Origin: an uncultured Hyphomicrobiales bacterium
GTDB lineage: Bacteria; Bacteroidota; Ignavibacteria; Kapaibacteriales; UBA2268
Direction of reading: 5' to 3'
DNA length: 64,000 bases
Assembly: GCA_964610885.1 (NCBI GenBank)
Contig: CAZSWR010000004.1
Span: 16,200 to 80,199 of the forward strand
Shown here: in pieces, positions 1 through 10,132 of the stretch
Layout of the letters: the number at the start of each line of letters is the position of its first letter
Position numbering within the stretch: position 1 is the stretch's first letter
Made by a program: the position numbers and the translations under genes
The notes under the pieces: generated by a model
What the model saw: the letters and a program-made list of their open reading frames with translations, nothing else
Databases searched by the model: none
What the model was told of the DNA's origin: nothing

Positions 1-173
1 ATGTAGTCTTTTGATTTTTCGCAAATTTCGCCTGATTTCTCTGCAATGTCTGCGCGAAGCTCGCGCCCGCTTTTCGGTGCGAAAAGAAGTGCTGTGATGG
101 CGCCGACTGCGCCGCCAATGAGCGCACCGAACAGAAAACCTTTCGAGTAGCCGTCGTTTGATTGATTATTCAT
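1..173 (-). CDS. YtxH domain-containing protein (partial; C-terminus runs off the left edge)
   Basis: Hand translation from the reverse-strand ATG at 173-171 gives MNNQSNDGYSKGFLFGALIGGAVGAITALLFAPKSGRELRADIAEKSGEICEKSKDY. A Gly/Ala-rich helix followed by APKSGxELR is typical of YtxH-like proteins. The ORF is too short for the ORF track. Confidence 0.55.
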   Translation of the reverse strand, partial: MNNQSNDGYSKGFLFGALIGGAVGAITALLFAPKSGRELRADIAEKSGEICEKSKDY

Positions 174-192
174 GATTGTTCCTCCTGTAATA

Positions 193-735
193 TTACCAAT
201 TATTTGGTATGGTTAAGGGTTTATTTTGAGCCGTTAATATCAATTCAGCGAGTTCGCGCGCAGCTCCGTTTCCGCCTGCCTGCGAACATATATAATGAAC
301 GATTGACTTTACTAATTCGTGTGCATTGGACGGGCATACTGCCAATCCGGCAAGCTCCATTGCTGGAATATCGTTAATATCGTCGCCGAGGAAAGCCATA
401 TTTTCCAGAGGAATTCCAGAATTTTCAGAAAGTTCGCGCATCGATGCGGCTTTCTGGCGGGCGCCGAGCACTACGTGTTCGATCTTGAGTTTGTTGGCGC
501 GAGCCGTTACGATTGGTGAGTTTTCGCTCGTCATGATCGCCGGCTGAATGCCGTTGAGCCGCAGCAGGTCGATGCCCATTCCGTCCCGAATCGAAAAGCA
601 CTTCAATTCCTCCCCGTTTCGCGAGTAATAGACCTTCGCATCGGTCAGTGTGCCGTCCACGTCCATGACAAGCATTTTGACTTGCCTTAGTTTGCCGTAT
701 AGTTCCTCTTTGTTCATTTCTTTCTTTGGATTCAT
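193..735 (-). CDS. kdsC: 3-deoxy-D-manno-octulosonate 8-phosphate phosphatase (HAD superfamily, KdsC type)
   Basis: 180-aa ORF with HAD motif I (MDVDGTLTD) and a late GDDINDIP motif. Size and overall pattern match KdsC. Confidence 0.8.
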   Translation of the reverse strand: MNPKKEMNKEELYGKLRQVKMLVMDVDGTLTDAKVYYSRNGEELKCFSIRDGMGIDLLRLNGIQPAIMTSENSPIVTARANKLKIEHVVLGARQKAASMRELSENSGIPLENMAFLGDDINDIPAMELAGLAVCPSNAHELVKSIVHYICSQAGGNGAARELAELILTAQNKPLTIPNNW

Positions 736-737
736 TA

Positions 738-2027
738 TTAAATACTATTATTTTCAGTTTCATTTTTATATGGGATGTCGATCAAAAACGTCGAACCTTT
801 GCCCGGAGCCGTGTCCTTGATGAAAATTTTCCCTTCGTGGTATTCCTCGATAATCCTTTTGCAAAGGCTTAGCCCGAGGCCCCAACCGCGTTTCTTGGTC
901 GTGAATCCGGGATGGAACACTTGCCGTTTTTGCTTGCCGGTCATGCCCTTGCCGTTGTCCGCCACGGTGATCACGATTTTCTTGCCCGTGTGGTAACGCA
1001 TGTCGATGACGATTCTGCCTTCTTTGGTTTCAATTGATTCTGCTGCGTTTTTCAGCAGGTTTTCGATTACCCACTGGAACAGGTCTAAGTTGATTTCGCT
1101 GCGGACATCTTTTTTGATATTCCGAACGATTTCCACTTTCCGCCCCAGATGTGGCAACCTCTTTTCGAAGTATTGGCATACGTTTTCGATTGTTTCGGAG
1201 ATGTTTTCAATCTTCATCTCGGGCATCGAGCCGATCTTGGAGAATCGGCGGGCAATGATATTGAGCCGGCCCACGTCGTTCCCCATTTCGTCGATTGTGT
1301 TTTGGACCAATTCGGGATCGTCTTTGTTGAATTTCAAAATTTCCATCCATGCCATCATGCTCGAAAGCGGAGTGCCGAGCTGGTGCGCGGCCTCCTTGGC
1401 CATGCCCACCCAGACCTTGGACTCCTCGCTGCGGCGGATGTTGCTGAATGCCAAATAGCCTATCAGCACAAAAGTCGCCACGACGATTATTTCGACGTAG
1501 GGGAAGAGTTGCAATTTATCTACCAAGGACGAATGCGTGTAGAAGAACATGGCCAACACGCGGCCGGACGAATCCTGAAGCGTAATCGGCTCGTAGTTCT
1601 TCCGCATCCGTTTTATGTATTCGAGCAGATACGCTTTCTGCTCGCTGTCGGTCATGTTCGAGTCCAAATCGATGTTCAAAGTAGTAGCTTTGTAGCTGAC
1701 GCGCCCGCTGGCATCCGCCGATTTGATGGGTTGGCCCTCCTTGTCCGTATTGATAAGGGGGAAAGTGATTGTCGGAGGAATTTTTTGGGACAGGAACAAA
1801 AGGTCTTCGACGTTCGCATCCGCCGTATAGTACTTGCGGTATATATCGGCATAGAAACGGACGGTATTTTGGTCTCGGCGAATCAATTCATCGACGAGAA
1901 TATTCGTGTAGAAAACCGATGTGATGACGATGAAGAATGCAGAAAACACCAACAAGAGCTTTATCTGCCACTTCGATATCGAAAAGAAGAACATTTTGCC
2001 GGAGCGAGGAATCGGCTTCGAAGACAT
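738..2027 (-). CDS. Sensor histidine kinase
   Basis: 429 aa with two TM segments around a periplasmic region. It has an H-box (EAAHQLGTPLSSM) and an HATPase_c G-box region (DNGKGM...GWGLGLSLCKRIIE...GKGSTF). Confidence 0.85.
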   Translation of the reverse strand: MSSKPIPRSGKMFFFSISKWQIKLLLVFSAFFIVITSVFYTNILVDELIRRDQNTVRFYADIYRKYYTADANVEDLLFLSQKIPPTITFPLINTDKEGQPIKSADASGRVSYKATTLNIDLDSNMTDSEQKAYLLEYIKRMRKNYEPITLQDSSGRVLAMFFYTHSSLVDKLQLFPYVEIIVVATFVLIGYLAFSNIRRSEESKVWVGMAKEAAHQLGTPLSSMMAWMEILKFNKDDPELVQNTIDEMGNDVGRLNIIARRFSKIGSMPEMKIENISETIENVCQYFEKRLPHLGRKVEIVRNIKKDVRSEINLDLFQWVIENLLKNAAESIETKEGRIVIDMRYHTGKKIVITVADNGKGMTGKQKRQVFHPGFTTKKRGWGLGLSLCKRIIEEYHEGKIFIKDTAPGKGSTFLIDIPYKNETENNSI

Positions 2028-2130
2028 ACTCTACCCTATTCAAATCATACTCAATACTCTATCTCTCAAGAGTAACAACTATCAATAATCAAGCCCTTTC
2101 CAAAGAAACTCACATCAAATCTTAATAAAA

Positions 2131-2547
2131 TTAGAAAACAATCACGGGCGGTTTTTCGGCAATCTCGCGATTGTACAGCGCCACTTCGATTTGCATTTTC
2201 AGTTGGCGAGTGTCGTATGGTTTCAGCATCACGTAGATTGGCGAGTTGAAATCAGCCTTGCGGAAGGATTTGATTTCGTCGTGGGCCGTGATGAATACAA
2301 TTGGAATATCCTTTTTCGATTGGATCAATTTGGCAGTTTGAATGCCGGAGAACAAACTATCGGCCAGATCGACATCGATCATTATCAGGTCCACGTCGTG
2401 GTTCCCCACGAAAGCGATTGCGGTCGTAGCGTTTTGCCTCACGGCGGCTTCGTAGCCCAATTCTTCGATAGTTTCTTGGGTCAGCGATGCTACGGCTGTC
2501 ATATCGTCCACGAGCAATATCAGTGGTTTGTCGTTTGCGTCGTTCAT
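2131..2547 (-). CDS. Stand-alone response regulator receiver protein (CheY-like)
   Basis: 138 aa with LILLVDD, the phospho-acceptor context LIMIDVDL and a conserved Lys region (MLKPY). No output domain is present. Confidence 0.85.
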   Translation of the reverse strand: MNDANDKPLILLVDDMTAVASLTQETIEELGYEAAVRQNATTAIAFVGNHDVDLIMIDVDLADSLFSGIQTAKLIQSKKDIPIVFITAHDEIKSFRKADFNSPIYVMLKPYDTRQLKMQIEVALYNREIAEKPPVIVF

Positions 2548-2575
2548 TATTTTACTTTCAATATTTTCAAATTTA

Positions 2576-4045
2576 TTAAACCTTTTCCAAGGCCCAATTA
2601 AACACTCTCAGGTATTCCAAAGCGGATTTCGAGGAGGAGAAATCCTCGGCCATGGCATTCCGGCGGATAATATTCCAGTGGTATTCGGAATTGTATATCG
2701 AGAGTGCTCGGCGCATTGCGTAGGCCATATCGTCTGCGTTGTAGTTGTAGAACAAATAACCGGTTCCTTGGCTCTGTTCGGGATTGTACTCGCTCACTGT
2801 GTCGGCCAAACCGCCTGTTTGGCGAACGATTGGGATCGTGCCGTATTTCATTGCATAGAGCTGGGTCAGACCGCAAGGCTCGAAGCGCGAGGGCATTATC
2901 AGGAAATCGGAGGCTGCAATAATTTTGTGTGAAAGCGCATTGTTGTAGCCAATGGTTATAAATGCTTTCGTAGGATATTTCCAAGCCAGATACCGGAAAT
3001 AATCCTCATACTTGCTCTCGCCGGAGCCAAGCAAAACGAATCGCATCTGGTTGGTTTCGATGTGCCATTCCAATTTGTTCATCAGCAGGTCTATCCCTTT
3101 TTGCTCAGCAAGCCGAGAGACCATGCCGACGAGCGGCATTTCGATATTGTCGAAATCCTCCGATAGGCCGTGTTCGCGCAGGAAACTGATTTTATTGTTG
3201 TATTTCAGGTCCAATGTGTCGCGAGTATATTTTGTATAAATCAGGTCGTCGTGTTCGGGGCTCCACTCGTTGTAATAGACGCCATTCAAAATTCCCAGAA
3301 GGTCGCCACCACGGTAATTCAGCACGTCTTGCATGCCTTCGCTGTAATATGGCATACGTATTTCTTGGGCGTATGTGGGGCTGACAGTTGTGATTTTGTC
3401 GGCAAACATAATGCCGGCCTTCATCGCATTGACCATGCCGTGGTGTTCGAACCAAGATCCGGAATAGAACTGCCCAAGGCCAAACGCGGAGTAGTCCATG
3501 GCCCGCGACGGATCGAACCAGCCCTGATACGCCAAGTTGTGAATAGTATAGACGCCTGCGGTATGGGCGAAGCGGTAATCTTGCCGATAGTAGCTCTTGA
3601 GGAATGGCATTGTGAAGGCAGCGTGGTAATCGTGGGCATGAATAATATCCGGGCGAAAATTGAGGGCTTTCGCGGCCTCGAATACGGCGCGGCTGAAGAA
3701 GATGAAACGGCGGTCGTTGTCGGCAAATTCGTTGGGGTCGCCATAGATGCCGTGGCGATTGAAATAATCATTGTTTTCGATAAGATAGACAGGCACGTTC
3801 GATCCGGGAATCGTCCCGTACCACAGGTGCGCAAATTCTGTCCAATGGCCCATGGGCACATATAGCACGAGGTAGGTCGGCCGGAAGCCATAGCCGGAGA
3901 TGTCGATGTCCCGATACTTGGGCATGATGACCACAGTGCTTTGCCCGTATTTGTCCCATTCCATCGGTAGCGATGCAGCAACGTCTGCCAGCCCGCCCGC
4001 CTTCGCGAATGGTGTAACCTCTGCCGATGCCAATAATATATTCAT
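2576..4045 (-). CDS. glgA: Glycogen synthase (ADP-glucose type)
   Basis: 489 aa. The N-terminus MNILLASAEVTPFAKAGGLADVAASLP carries the GlgA KxGGL signature, and the C-terminal GT1 fold includes PSRFEPCGLTQLYAMKYGT. Confidence 0.9.
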   Translation of the reverse strand: MNILLASAEVTPFAKAGGLADVAASLPMEWDKYGQSTVVIMPKYRDIDISGYGFRPTYLVLYVPMGHWTEFAHLWYGTIPGSNVPVYLIENNDYFNRHGIYGDPNEFADNDRRFIFFSRAVFEAAKALNFRPDIIHAHDYHAAFTMPFLKSYYRQDYRFAHTAGVYTIHNLAYQGWFDPSRAMDYSAFGLGQFYSGSWFEHHGMVNAMKAGIMFADKITTVSPTYAQEIRMPYYSEGMQDVLNYRGGDLLGILNGVYYNEWSPEHDDLIYTKYTRDTLDLKYNNKISFLREHGLSEDFDNIEMPLVGMVSRLAEQKGIDLLMNKLEWHIETNQMRFVLLGSGESKYEDYFRYLAWKYPTKAFITIGYNNALSHKIIAASDFLIMPSRFEPCGLTQLYAMKYGTIPIVRQTGGLADTVSEYNPEQSQGTGYLFYNYNADDMAYAMRRALSIYNSEYHWNIIRRNAMAEDFSSSKSALEYLRVFNWALEKV

Positions 4046-4134
4046 AAACGCCTTCTTCCATTTCTATCCGTTTAACAGGTGCTCCTGTTTTGATTTTTGA
4101 GGAAATGATCCCAAATTCATCATCAAACAGGAAC

Positions 4135-4959
4135 TCAACAATAGAATGTTCGATAATTGTTAAGACTCATTTGCGCCGTTTTTATGTTATTCACATCGTC
4201 GAAAAGAGCAAAAACAGTCGAACCGCTACCGCTCATCAAAGCAAAAACCGCGCCCGCTTCGTAGAGTTTTTTCTTAATCATTCCAATCTCGGGATGCTTT
4301 GCGAAAACGGGCAACTCGAAATCATTGACCAAGCAATCTTTCAGCATATCGGACGAGGCCACCGGGCCAATCAAGCATTTTTTGAAATCAATTTCCGGCC
4401 TGCCGAAACCCTCTTGTGCCAGGCTTTGGTACGCCCAAGCAGTGGACACATGAATATCGGGAAAGACCAAAAGCACAGAGTAAGGCAGAGCGAATTGGAA
4501 GTAGTCCAACACCTCGCCGCGCCCACAGGCCACGGCCGCCCCTTCGGAAAGGAAAAATGGCACGTCGCTGCCCAATTGCAATCCAATGGCGCGAAGCTCT
4601 TCGGCCGGGGCGCCAATGCCCCACATTTCGTTCAGGGCCAACAGGACAGATGCAGCATCGGAACTGCCACCGCCCAGCCCGCCTCCGTGGGGAATGTTTT
4701 TAATTATACTGATCGAGGCTCCTGAATCGATGTTGAACCTCTCGCGAAGCAACTCAGCCGCCCGATACGCCAGATTGGACTCCTGAGGGATTCCAAGGTC
4801 GGGCCGAGTTTGGCAGCTGATACCGGCGGACGGAAGGATTTCGATTTCATCTGCGAGAGGAATCCTGACGAAGACAGTATTAATATCGTGGTATCCGTCC
4901 GGCCTTCGCCGCATGACTTGCAATCCAAGATTTAGCTTTGCATGGGCCTTTGCGATCAT
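4135..4959 (-). CDS. ispE: 4-diphosphocytidyl-2-C-methyl-D-erythritol kinase
   Basis: 274 aa with KAHAKLNLGLQV at the N-terminus and the GHMP kinase motif PHGGGLGGGSSDAA. Confidence 0.9.
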   Translation of the reverse strand: MIAKAHAKLNLGLQVMRRRPDGYHDINTVFVRIPLADEIEILPSAGISCQTRPDLGIPQESNLAYRAAELLRERFNIDSGASISIIKNIPHGGGLGGGSSDAASVLLALNEMWGIGAPAEELRAIGLQLGSDVPFFLSEGAAVACGRGEVLDYFQFALPYSVLLVFPDIHVSTAWAYQSLAQEGFGRPEIDFKKCLIGPVASSDMLKDCLVNDFELPVFAKHPEIGMIKKKLYEAGAVFALMSGSGSTVFALFDDVNNIKTAQMSLNNYRTFYC

Positions 4960-5933
4960 TTGCTCTTCTTTGCCTTCTTCGATTTCGATTTTTTCTTTTC
5001 TTTTATTGCCGCCTTCTTGACGTCGATCAGTTTGTATGTCAAATTAATATAGTGCTTGCCTCTTTCCTCGTTGCCTTTTCCGGCCTTCACGACAATTTTC
5101 TGTTCCATCGTGTTCTTCATGAAAATGGGCACTTGCAGCTCGGTACCGATGATGACACGGTTCCATGAATTGTAATAAGACATTGTGTTCATATTCTTCA
5201 ACTTAAGGCTCCCCTGCCCTGCCTTGATGAACTCATAGACGTGGCATTTGTAGCCGAGCGTGTCCAAACGGTCTTTCATTCGGAAAAGGGAAGAAAACGT
5301 TACCAGTGGCGGCGGAGCGCCATTCTCGGGCACTTCTTCGACAGATTTCACCAGCCAGGACTCTTCGATGGCTTTGATGGATTCGCCGAGGTCGGGAATC
5401 AGTATCTGTTGGAAAGCACCGCCGGAGTTCAATGCAAATTTCTTGGGATTGTCGTAGTAATACGAATACTTTTTCCCAAGTGAATCAATTTCCATATAGA
5501 TACGCCTGCCGATCCATGGATTCTCGTCCGTTTGGATGCCGGGTTCGTTCCCGGAGAATATGATGGCGTTCATTACCGGATACGTCAGCGTCAGGTAATA
5601 ATGGCCATTCGAGCCAATCGAATCGCAAATCACTCGAAGTTCTTCGAGCCTCGTCTTCCGCAGTTGTGGCTGGGCGCCCAAAGAAATACTATCGAAAGCA
5701 AGGATGCTATAGACAAGCGTATCGCCAGGAATGAAATGGTACCTCACCTGTATTGTATCGAGCTTGGCCGGTACTTCGGGCAGGTTGGTCATGCTTTCTC
5801 GGACGATTCTCTCCAAACTGTCCTGAATATTGATCGATGGATTGAACCTATCAGTTGTATCGATAAGCAACTGCGCTTTGGCAACGAAAACAGTCGCAAA
5901 GATAAATACAGCAATTATTTTCAGCATTCTCAT
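4956..5933 (-). CDS. Hypothetical secreted protein with a poly-Lys C-terminal tail
   Basis: 325 aa with a signal peptide (MRMLKIIAVFIFATVFVAKAQ) and the tail KKAAIKEKKKSKSKKAKKSK. There is a 4-nt ATGA overlap with the ispE start. I recognise no family. Confidence 0.6.
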   Translation of the reverse strand: MRMLKIIAVFIFATVFVAKAQLLIDTTDRFNPSINIQDSLERIVRESMTNLPEVPAKLDTIQVRYHFIPGDTLVYSILAFDSISLGAQPQLRKTRLEELRVICDSIGSNGHYYLTLTYPVMNAIIFSGNEPGIQTDENPWIGRRIYMEIDSLGKKYSYYYDNPKKFALNSGGAFQQILIPDLGESIKAIEESWLVKSVEEVPENGAPPPLVTFSSLFRMKDRLDTLGYKCHVYEFIKAGQGSLKLKNMNTMSYYNSWNRVIIGTELQVPIFMKNTMEQKIVVKAGKGNEERGKHYINLTYKLIDVKKAAIKEKKKSKSKKAKKSK

Positions 5934-5942
5934 GTATTATTT

Positions 5943-6689
5943 TTATATGAGTTTAACAATTTTTTTAAGCGAAAGTATCTCGTTCCTCGTCAGGTGCCGG
6001 TATTCGCCGCGAGCAAGCCCCGAGGCTGTCAGCCCGGCGAACGATTTGCGGTCCAGCTTGCGCACTTCGTAGCCCAACGCCTCGAACATACGGCGCACCT
6101 CGCGGTTCCGACCCTCGCGCAACGTAATATATGCAACGCTGCGGTCGTCCGGCATGACTGCCAGTTCGACGGGTTCGGCGCGGCCGTCCTCAAGTTCCAC
6201 GCCCGACGCCAGTTTCTTAATGTCTTCGATCTTCATTTCCCTGTCAAGCCCCACTTTGTATGTGCGTTCGATTTGGTAGGCCGGATGAGTCAGCCTGTGG
6301 GCCAGGTCTCCATCGTTCGTAACCAGAATCACTCCGGTCGTATTCCTGTCCAAGCGGCCGACGGTGAACAGGCGGACGCGCGTTTTGACGAGTTCGATGA
6401 CAGTTTTCCGCCCGAATTCATCTTTCGATGACGTAATGGTATCTTTGGGCTTGTTAATCAATATATATTTGAAATGCTGAACGTGCGTGATCGGATCGCC
6501 ATCGACAGTAACTAAATTGGCTTTCGAGATCTTTGTCCCCAGCTCGGTTACTGTTTTCCCATCCACTTTCACACGGCCATCGGCGATAAGTTCGTCGGCC
6601 TTGCGGCGCGAGGCGATTCCTGCGTCGGCAATAAATTTGTTCAGTCTGATGGTTTGTTCGGTTTCGGTTTGTTTAGGCTTTGTTTTCAT
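5943..6689 (-). CDS. rluB: RsuA/RluB-family pseudouridine synthase with N-terminal S4 domain
   Basis: An S4-like segment (IRLNKFIADAGIASRRKADELI) and the catalytic motif GRLDRNTTGVILVTNDG. The start is placed at the internal ATG 6689 (MKTKPKQ), which removes a hydrophobic 15-aa extension. Confidence 0.85.
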   Translation of the reverse strand: MKTKPKQTETEQTIRLNKFIADAGIASRRKADELIADGRVKVDGKTVTELGTKISKANLVTVDGDPITHVQHFKYILINKPKDTITSSKDEFGRKTVIELVKTRVRLFTVGRLDRNTTGVILVTNDGDLAHRLTHPAYQIERTYKVGLDREMKIEDIKKLASGVELEDGRAEPVELAVMPDDRSVAYITLREGRNREVRRMFEALGYEVRKLDRKSFAGLTASGLARGEYRHLTRNEILSLKKIVKLI

Positions 6690-7307
6690 CAACAGTCCTT
6701 TAGTAAAAAAACAAAAATAAGCATTTTGCAGCATTTAGGCAATCAAATTTCAGTCAGGATGCTGCGGCCCGGAGATTCTAAAATAATGGAAAATTATTTC
6801 TGTACATCTATCCGTTCGCCATTGCTCTACCCTTGGAACAAATAGGTTGCAGTCGCCACCGATTTGCAGAGCCAAAATTGATGAATTTTCATTTAATTAC
6901 GCCAATTTAACAGTGCAAGACAACAATTCACAAGGCCAATGGATGTAACAAATAAACACTATTTGTGTTATTAATAGACGTGACATGTAAACTTGAAGAA
7001 ATAGCGGTCATTCCCGGTGGAGGAGGTTATAAATTACTACTACCTCAATCTATTCTTTACTCCACACAAGGAATGACCCTTTATTAGTTTAAGGAAAAAT
7101 GAATTCATCATCATCTTTCCTCATCGTTATTGCGCTACTCTTTTAGAAATCAAGTGGCAGGCGCCACCTAACACAAGACTCCGGCTTTTTCACCGATCCA
7201 ACTGTCTCGAGAACAAGGGGGATTGGCTTCAGATTCCGGTATGGCCGGATATGAGAATCCCGGTGAAGAATTTCTCCGGGATATATCAATTCCAAATCGG
7301 ATCGAAA

Positions 7308-7613
7308 TTATTGCTGTTTCGAAACGATTGCATTTTTTTCAAATTTCACTTTCACGCCCTCGGCGATTTGGATGGTGAATACATTCCCATCGATATCGAT
7401 GATAGTGCCATGGATGCCCGACGATGTGATCACGCGATCGCCTTTGCCCAAGCTATTGAGCATTGATTGATGCTCTTTTTGGCGTTTTTGTTGGGGGCGA
7501 ATCATCAGGAAGTACATAATCAGGATGATCGATCCAAACATTACGAGTGTCATCATCATTCCGCCGGAATCCTGCCCGCCGGCCGGGCTCATTGCTAAAA
7601 AGTTTTGAAACAT
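7308..7613 (-). CDS. yajC: Preprotein translocase subunit YajC
   Basis: 101 aa with a single TM, then MIRPQQKRQKEHQSML and GDRVITSSGIHGTI, the typical YajC layout. Confidence 0.85.
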   Translation of the reverse strand: MFQNFLAMSPAGGQDSGGMMMTLVMFGSIILIMYFLMIRPQQKRQKEHQSMLNSLGKGDRVITSSGIHGTIIDIDGNVFTIQIAEGVKVKFEKNAIVSKQQ

Positions 7614-7632
7614 AGGTAAACCTTTGATTAAT

Positions 7633-8805
7633 TTATTCTATAAAACCATTAATTTTCGTTAGAATCTCTTTCTTCCATTCTTTGAACTCTCCCGAGATAA
7701 TCTTCTCGCGAGCAGAGCGGACCAACCAGTGGTAGAAAGCAATATTGTGTTCGGTGGCAATCTCGAGCGCCAGAATCTCTCCGGCGATGAAGAGATGCCT
7801 CAGGTAGCCAAGCGAATAGTTCCTCGAGGCGAACGAATCGATTTCCGGGTCGATCACGTCGTGCGAGAGTCTATACTTATTATTCCGTATGTTAATCTTC
7901 CCGCGGGAAGTGAATAGCTGGCCGTTTCGGGCGTTTCGTGTTGGCAGCACGCAATCGAACATATCGATTCCGCGGTCGATGCACTCCAAGATGTTTTCGG
8001 GAGTGCCGACGCCCATCAGGTAGCGCGGTTTGTCTTCCGGCAATTTATTCGTCGAAATATCGACAATGCCGTACATCATTTCCGCCGGTTCGCCCACAGA
8101 CAGCCCGCCAATTGCGTAGCCATCGAAATCAATTTCTTTGAGCCTCTCCAAGTAGTCCAAACGAAGCTCGGGGAACATACTGCCCTGAGCAATGCCGAAC
8201 AGAAATTGCCGGTGCCCCCAGAGCGGCTCGCTTTGCGCGAATGCTTCTTTGCATCGTTTGGCCCAGCGCGCCGAAAGGTCCATCGATTTCTTGGCTTGCT
8301 CGAACGTGCAGGGGTACGGAGTGCATTCGTCGAGGACCATAACGATGTCGGATCCGAGTATTCGTTGGTATTCGACGACGTTTTCGGGCGAGAAGAAATG
8401 CTTCGAACCGTCGATATGCGAGCGGAAATAGGCGCCTTCCTCTTTGATTTTGCGCAATTCGTGCAGCGAAAAGATCTGGTAGCCGCCGCTATCGGTGAGT
8501 ATTGCTTTGTCCCAACCGATGAACTTATGCAGTCCGCCAAATTCTGTAATAACTTCTTTCCCGGGCCGCAGGTATAAATGGTACGTATTGCCAAGGATTA
8601 TCGGCGTGCTCATGCTATTCAGTTCGCGGGGGGATATTGCCTTGACTGCGCCCTGAGTGCCGACAGGCATGAAAACAGGCGTTTGGATCGTACCATGGTC
8701 TGTATGCAACAAGCCTGCCCGCGCCTTGGTGCCCGAAGCATTGTGTTCCAACTCGAAGAATTTTTCTGTATTATTTTGGCCTTGCAATACTATTACCCAA
8801 ATCAA
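7633..8805 (-). CDS. tgt: tRNA-guanine transglycosylase (queuine tRNA-ribosyltransferase)
   Basis: 390 aa with TPVFMPVGTQGAVK, LTDSGGYQ and LMGVGTPENILECIDRGIDMFDCVLPTRNARNG. The exact start is uncertain. Confidence 0.9.
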   Translation of the reverse strand: MIWVIVLQGQNNTEKFFELEHNASGTKARAGLLHTDHGTIQTPVFMPVGTQGAVKAISPRELNSMSTPIILGNTYHLYLRPGKEVITEFGGLHKFIGWDKAILTDSGGYQIFSLHELRKIKEEGAYFRSHIDGSKHFFSPENVVEYQRILGSDIVMVLDECTPYPCTFEQAKKSMDLSARWAKRCKEAFAQSEPLWGHRQFLFGIAQGSMFPELRLDYLERLKEIDFDGYAIGGLSVGEPAEMMYGIVDISTNKLPEDKPRYLMGVGTPENILECIDRGIDMFDCVLPTRNARNGQLFTSRGKINIRNNKYRLSHDVIDPEIDSFASRNYSLGYLRHLFIAGEILALEIATEHNIAFYHWLVRSAREKIISGEFKEWKKEILTKINGFIE

Positions 8806-8906
8806 TCAACAATATCCGACATTACAAAAATACATAATTAATCGATAATAACCGCAATAAGGTTATCGATTAAAAAATGAACTTACTCCGCCACTCGTGC
8901 AACGAA

Positions 8907-9893
8907 TCACTTCACCTGTTCGGCGATCAATTCGGCAATGCGGAGCGCTTCGCTGGCCTCTTCGGCGCTAACGGCCACAGGCGTACCGCTCAGGATTGTA
9001 TCGCGGAATGCGATCTGTTCCTCGGCGATAGCGTTAACGTTTTCCACGCGCGGTTTGAAATAACCGATTTTTTGGTTTTGCACTCCGGCGTCCAACATGC
9101 CAAGCATCGTCGCCGGGACGGAGTCCGATGGTCCAGTCTCGCCTTCGCGGAGCAGCTTGAAGACTTCAACTTCTTGCTTCCCGAAATCGATCGAAATGTA
9201 AGCATTCTTTTGGAAGATGCGCATCTTCCTCATTGGCCGTGCGGAAATCCTCGAAGCGGTCAGGTTCGCCACGGCTCCATTTTTGAAATTTATGCGAGCG
9301 TTGGCGATGTCGGTGGTTTCCGTCAGCACGGCCACGCCGTTTGCCGAGATACTCTCGACAGGCGATTTGGCCAACCAGAGGGCAATGTCGATGTCGTGTA
9401 TCATCAAATCGTGGATGACCGAAACGTCGATGGCGCGCGGTTTGAATTGACTCAATCGATGGGCCTCGATGAACAGAGGCGAAATGCCCAAGTTCTTGAT
9501 AGCAGCAATCGACGGATTGAAACGCTCCACGTGGCCCACCTGTACGGTTACGCCCTTTTGGCGGGCGGCGCTGATCAGTTTTTGGGCTTCGCTATAGGTT
9601 TGTGTTATCGGTTTTTCGATTAGGCAGTGAATCCCTCGTTCGATGGCCTTCATCGCGACCTCGAAATGCAAAGTGGTCGGAACGGCTATCGTTACGGCAT
9701 TAGCACTTGAAAACGCTTCGTCCAGAGTGGCGAAGGCTTTCGTGCCAATCTCTTTTGCTATTGTATTTGCCCTTTCGGCATCTTCATCATAAACGCCAGC
9801 GAGGGCTTCGCCGGCCAAATTGCTCCACAGCCGAGCGTGTATCGATCCGAGGTGGCCCACGCCGATGACTGATACTTTGAATTGTTCGCTCAT
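8907..9893 (-). CDS. Gfo/Idh/MocA-family NAD(P)-dependent oxidoreductase
   Basis: 328 aa with an N-terminal Rossmann motif (VSVIGVGHLGSIHA) and the EKP motif (CLIEKPIT). Confidence 0.8.
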   Translation of the reverse strand: MSEQFKVSVIGVGHLGSIHARLWSNLAGEALAGVYDEDAERANTIAKEIGTKAFATLDEAFSSANAVTIAVPTTLHFEVAMKAIERGIHCLIEKPITQTYSEAQKLISAARQKGVTVQVGHVERFNPSIAAIKNLGISPLFIEAHRLSQFKPRAIDVSVIHDLMIHDIDIALWLAKSPVESISANGVAVLTETTDIANARINFKNGAVANLTASRISARPMRKMRIFQKNAYISIDFGKQEVEVFKLLREGETGPSDSVPATMLGMLDAGVQNQKIGYFKPRVENVNAIAEEQIAFRDTILSGTPVAVSAEEASEALRIAELIAEQVK

Positions 9894-10061
9894 AATCTTT
9901 GCTCTATAATTAAAAACATTTATCTCGAAACATGGAGGCTTGCCTTTTGATTGAATTGCCTCCGGTCCATTGCCAAACGATCAATGAAACAGCAATCGAT
10001 CCGATTTCAAAAATACACCAAATAAACGATAAATAATTGAAATATTTATACACTTTCTCTC

Positions 10062-10100
10062 AAAAAAAATCCCCCACCGTTTGGATACAGCAGGGGATTA
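10062..10100 (-). terminator. Rho-independent terminator after the 965-aa T9SS cargo gene
   Basis: On the minus strand, an AATCCCC ... GGGGATT stem is followed by a T8 run, about 35 nt after the stop at 10133. Confidence 0.7.
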
Positions 10101-10132
10101 TTGTTATATAAGGCTATTTGCTTCGGCGAGTA

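Noticed and set aside
1149-2075. Long alternative-frame or antisense ORFs inside well-supported genes (this one, plus 5532..6431, 22932..23930, 33705..34772, 39001..39723, 45770..46504, 52713..53543 and others)
   Set aside because: Each overlaps a gene with strong family motifs on the other strand or in another frame. Their translations are low-complexity (Arg/His/Gly/Val-rich) with no motifs. They are shadow ORFs.
738-2547. Histidine kinase plus stand-alone receiver next to glgA as a novel glycogen-control system
   Set aside because: This is an ordinary two-component pair with no unusual domains, and the adjacency to glgA alone is weak evidence.
6849-6860. Short motif GCAG(T/G)CGCCACC recurring at 6849-6860, 7156-7168 and, as its reverse complement, at 14101-14113, always in intergenic DNA
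   Set aside because: Matches of 11-13 nt are expected many times by chance in 64 kb when both strands are considered. There is no extended similarity around them.
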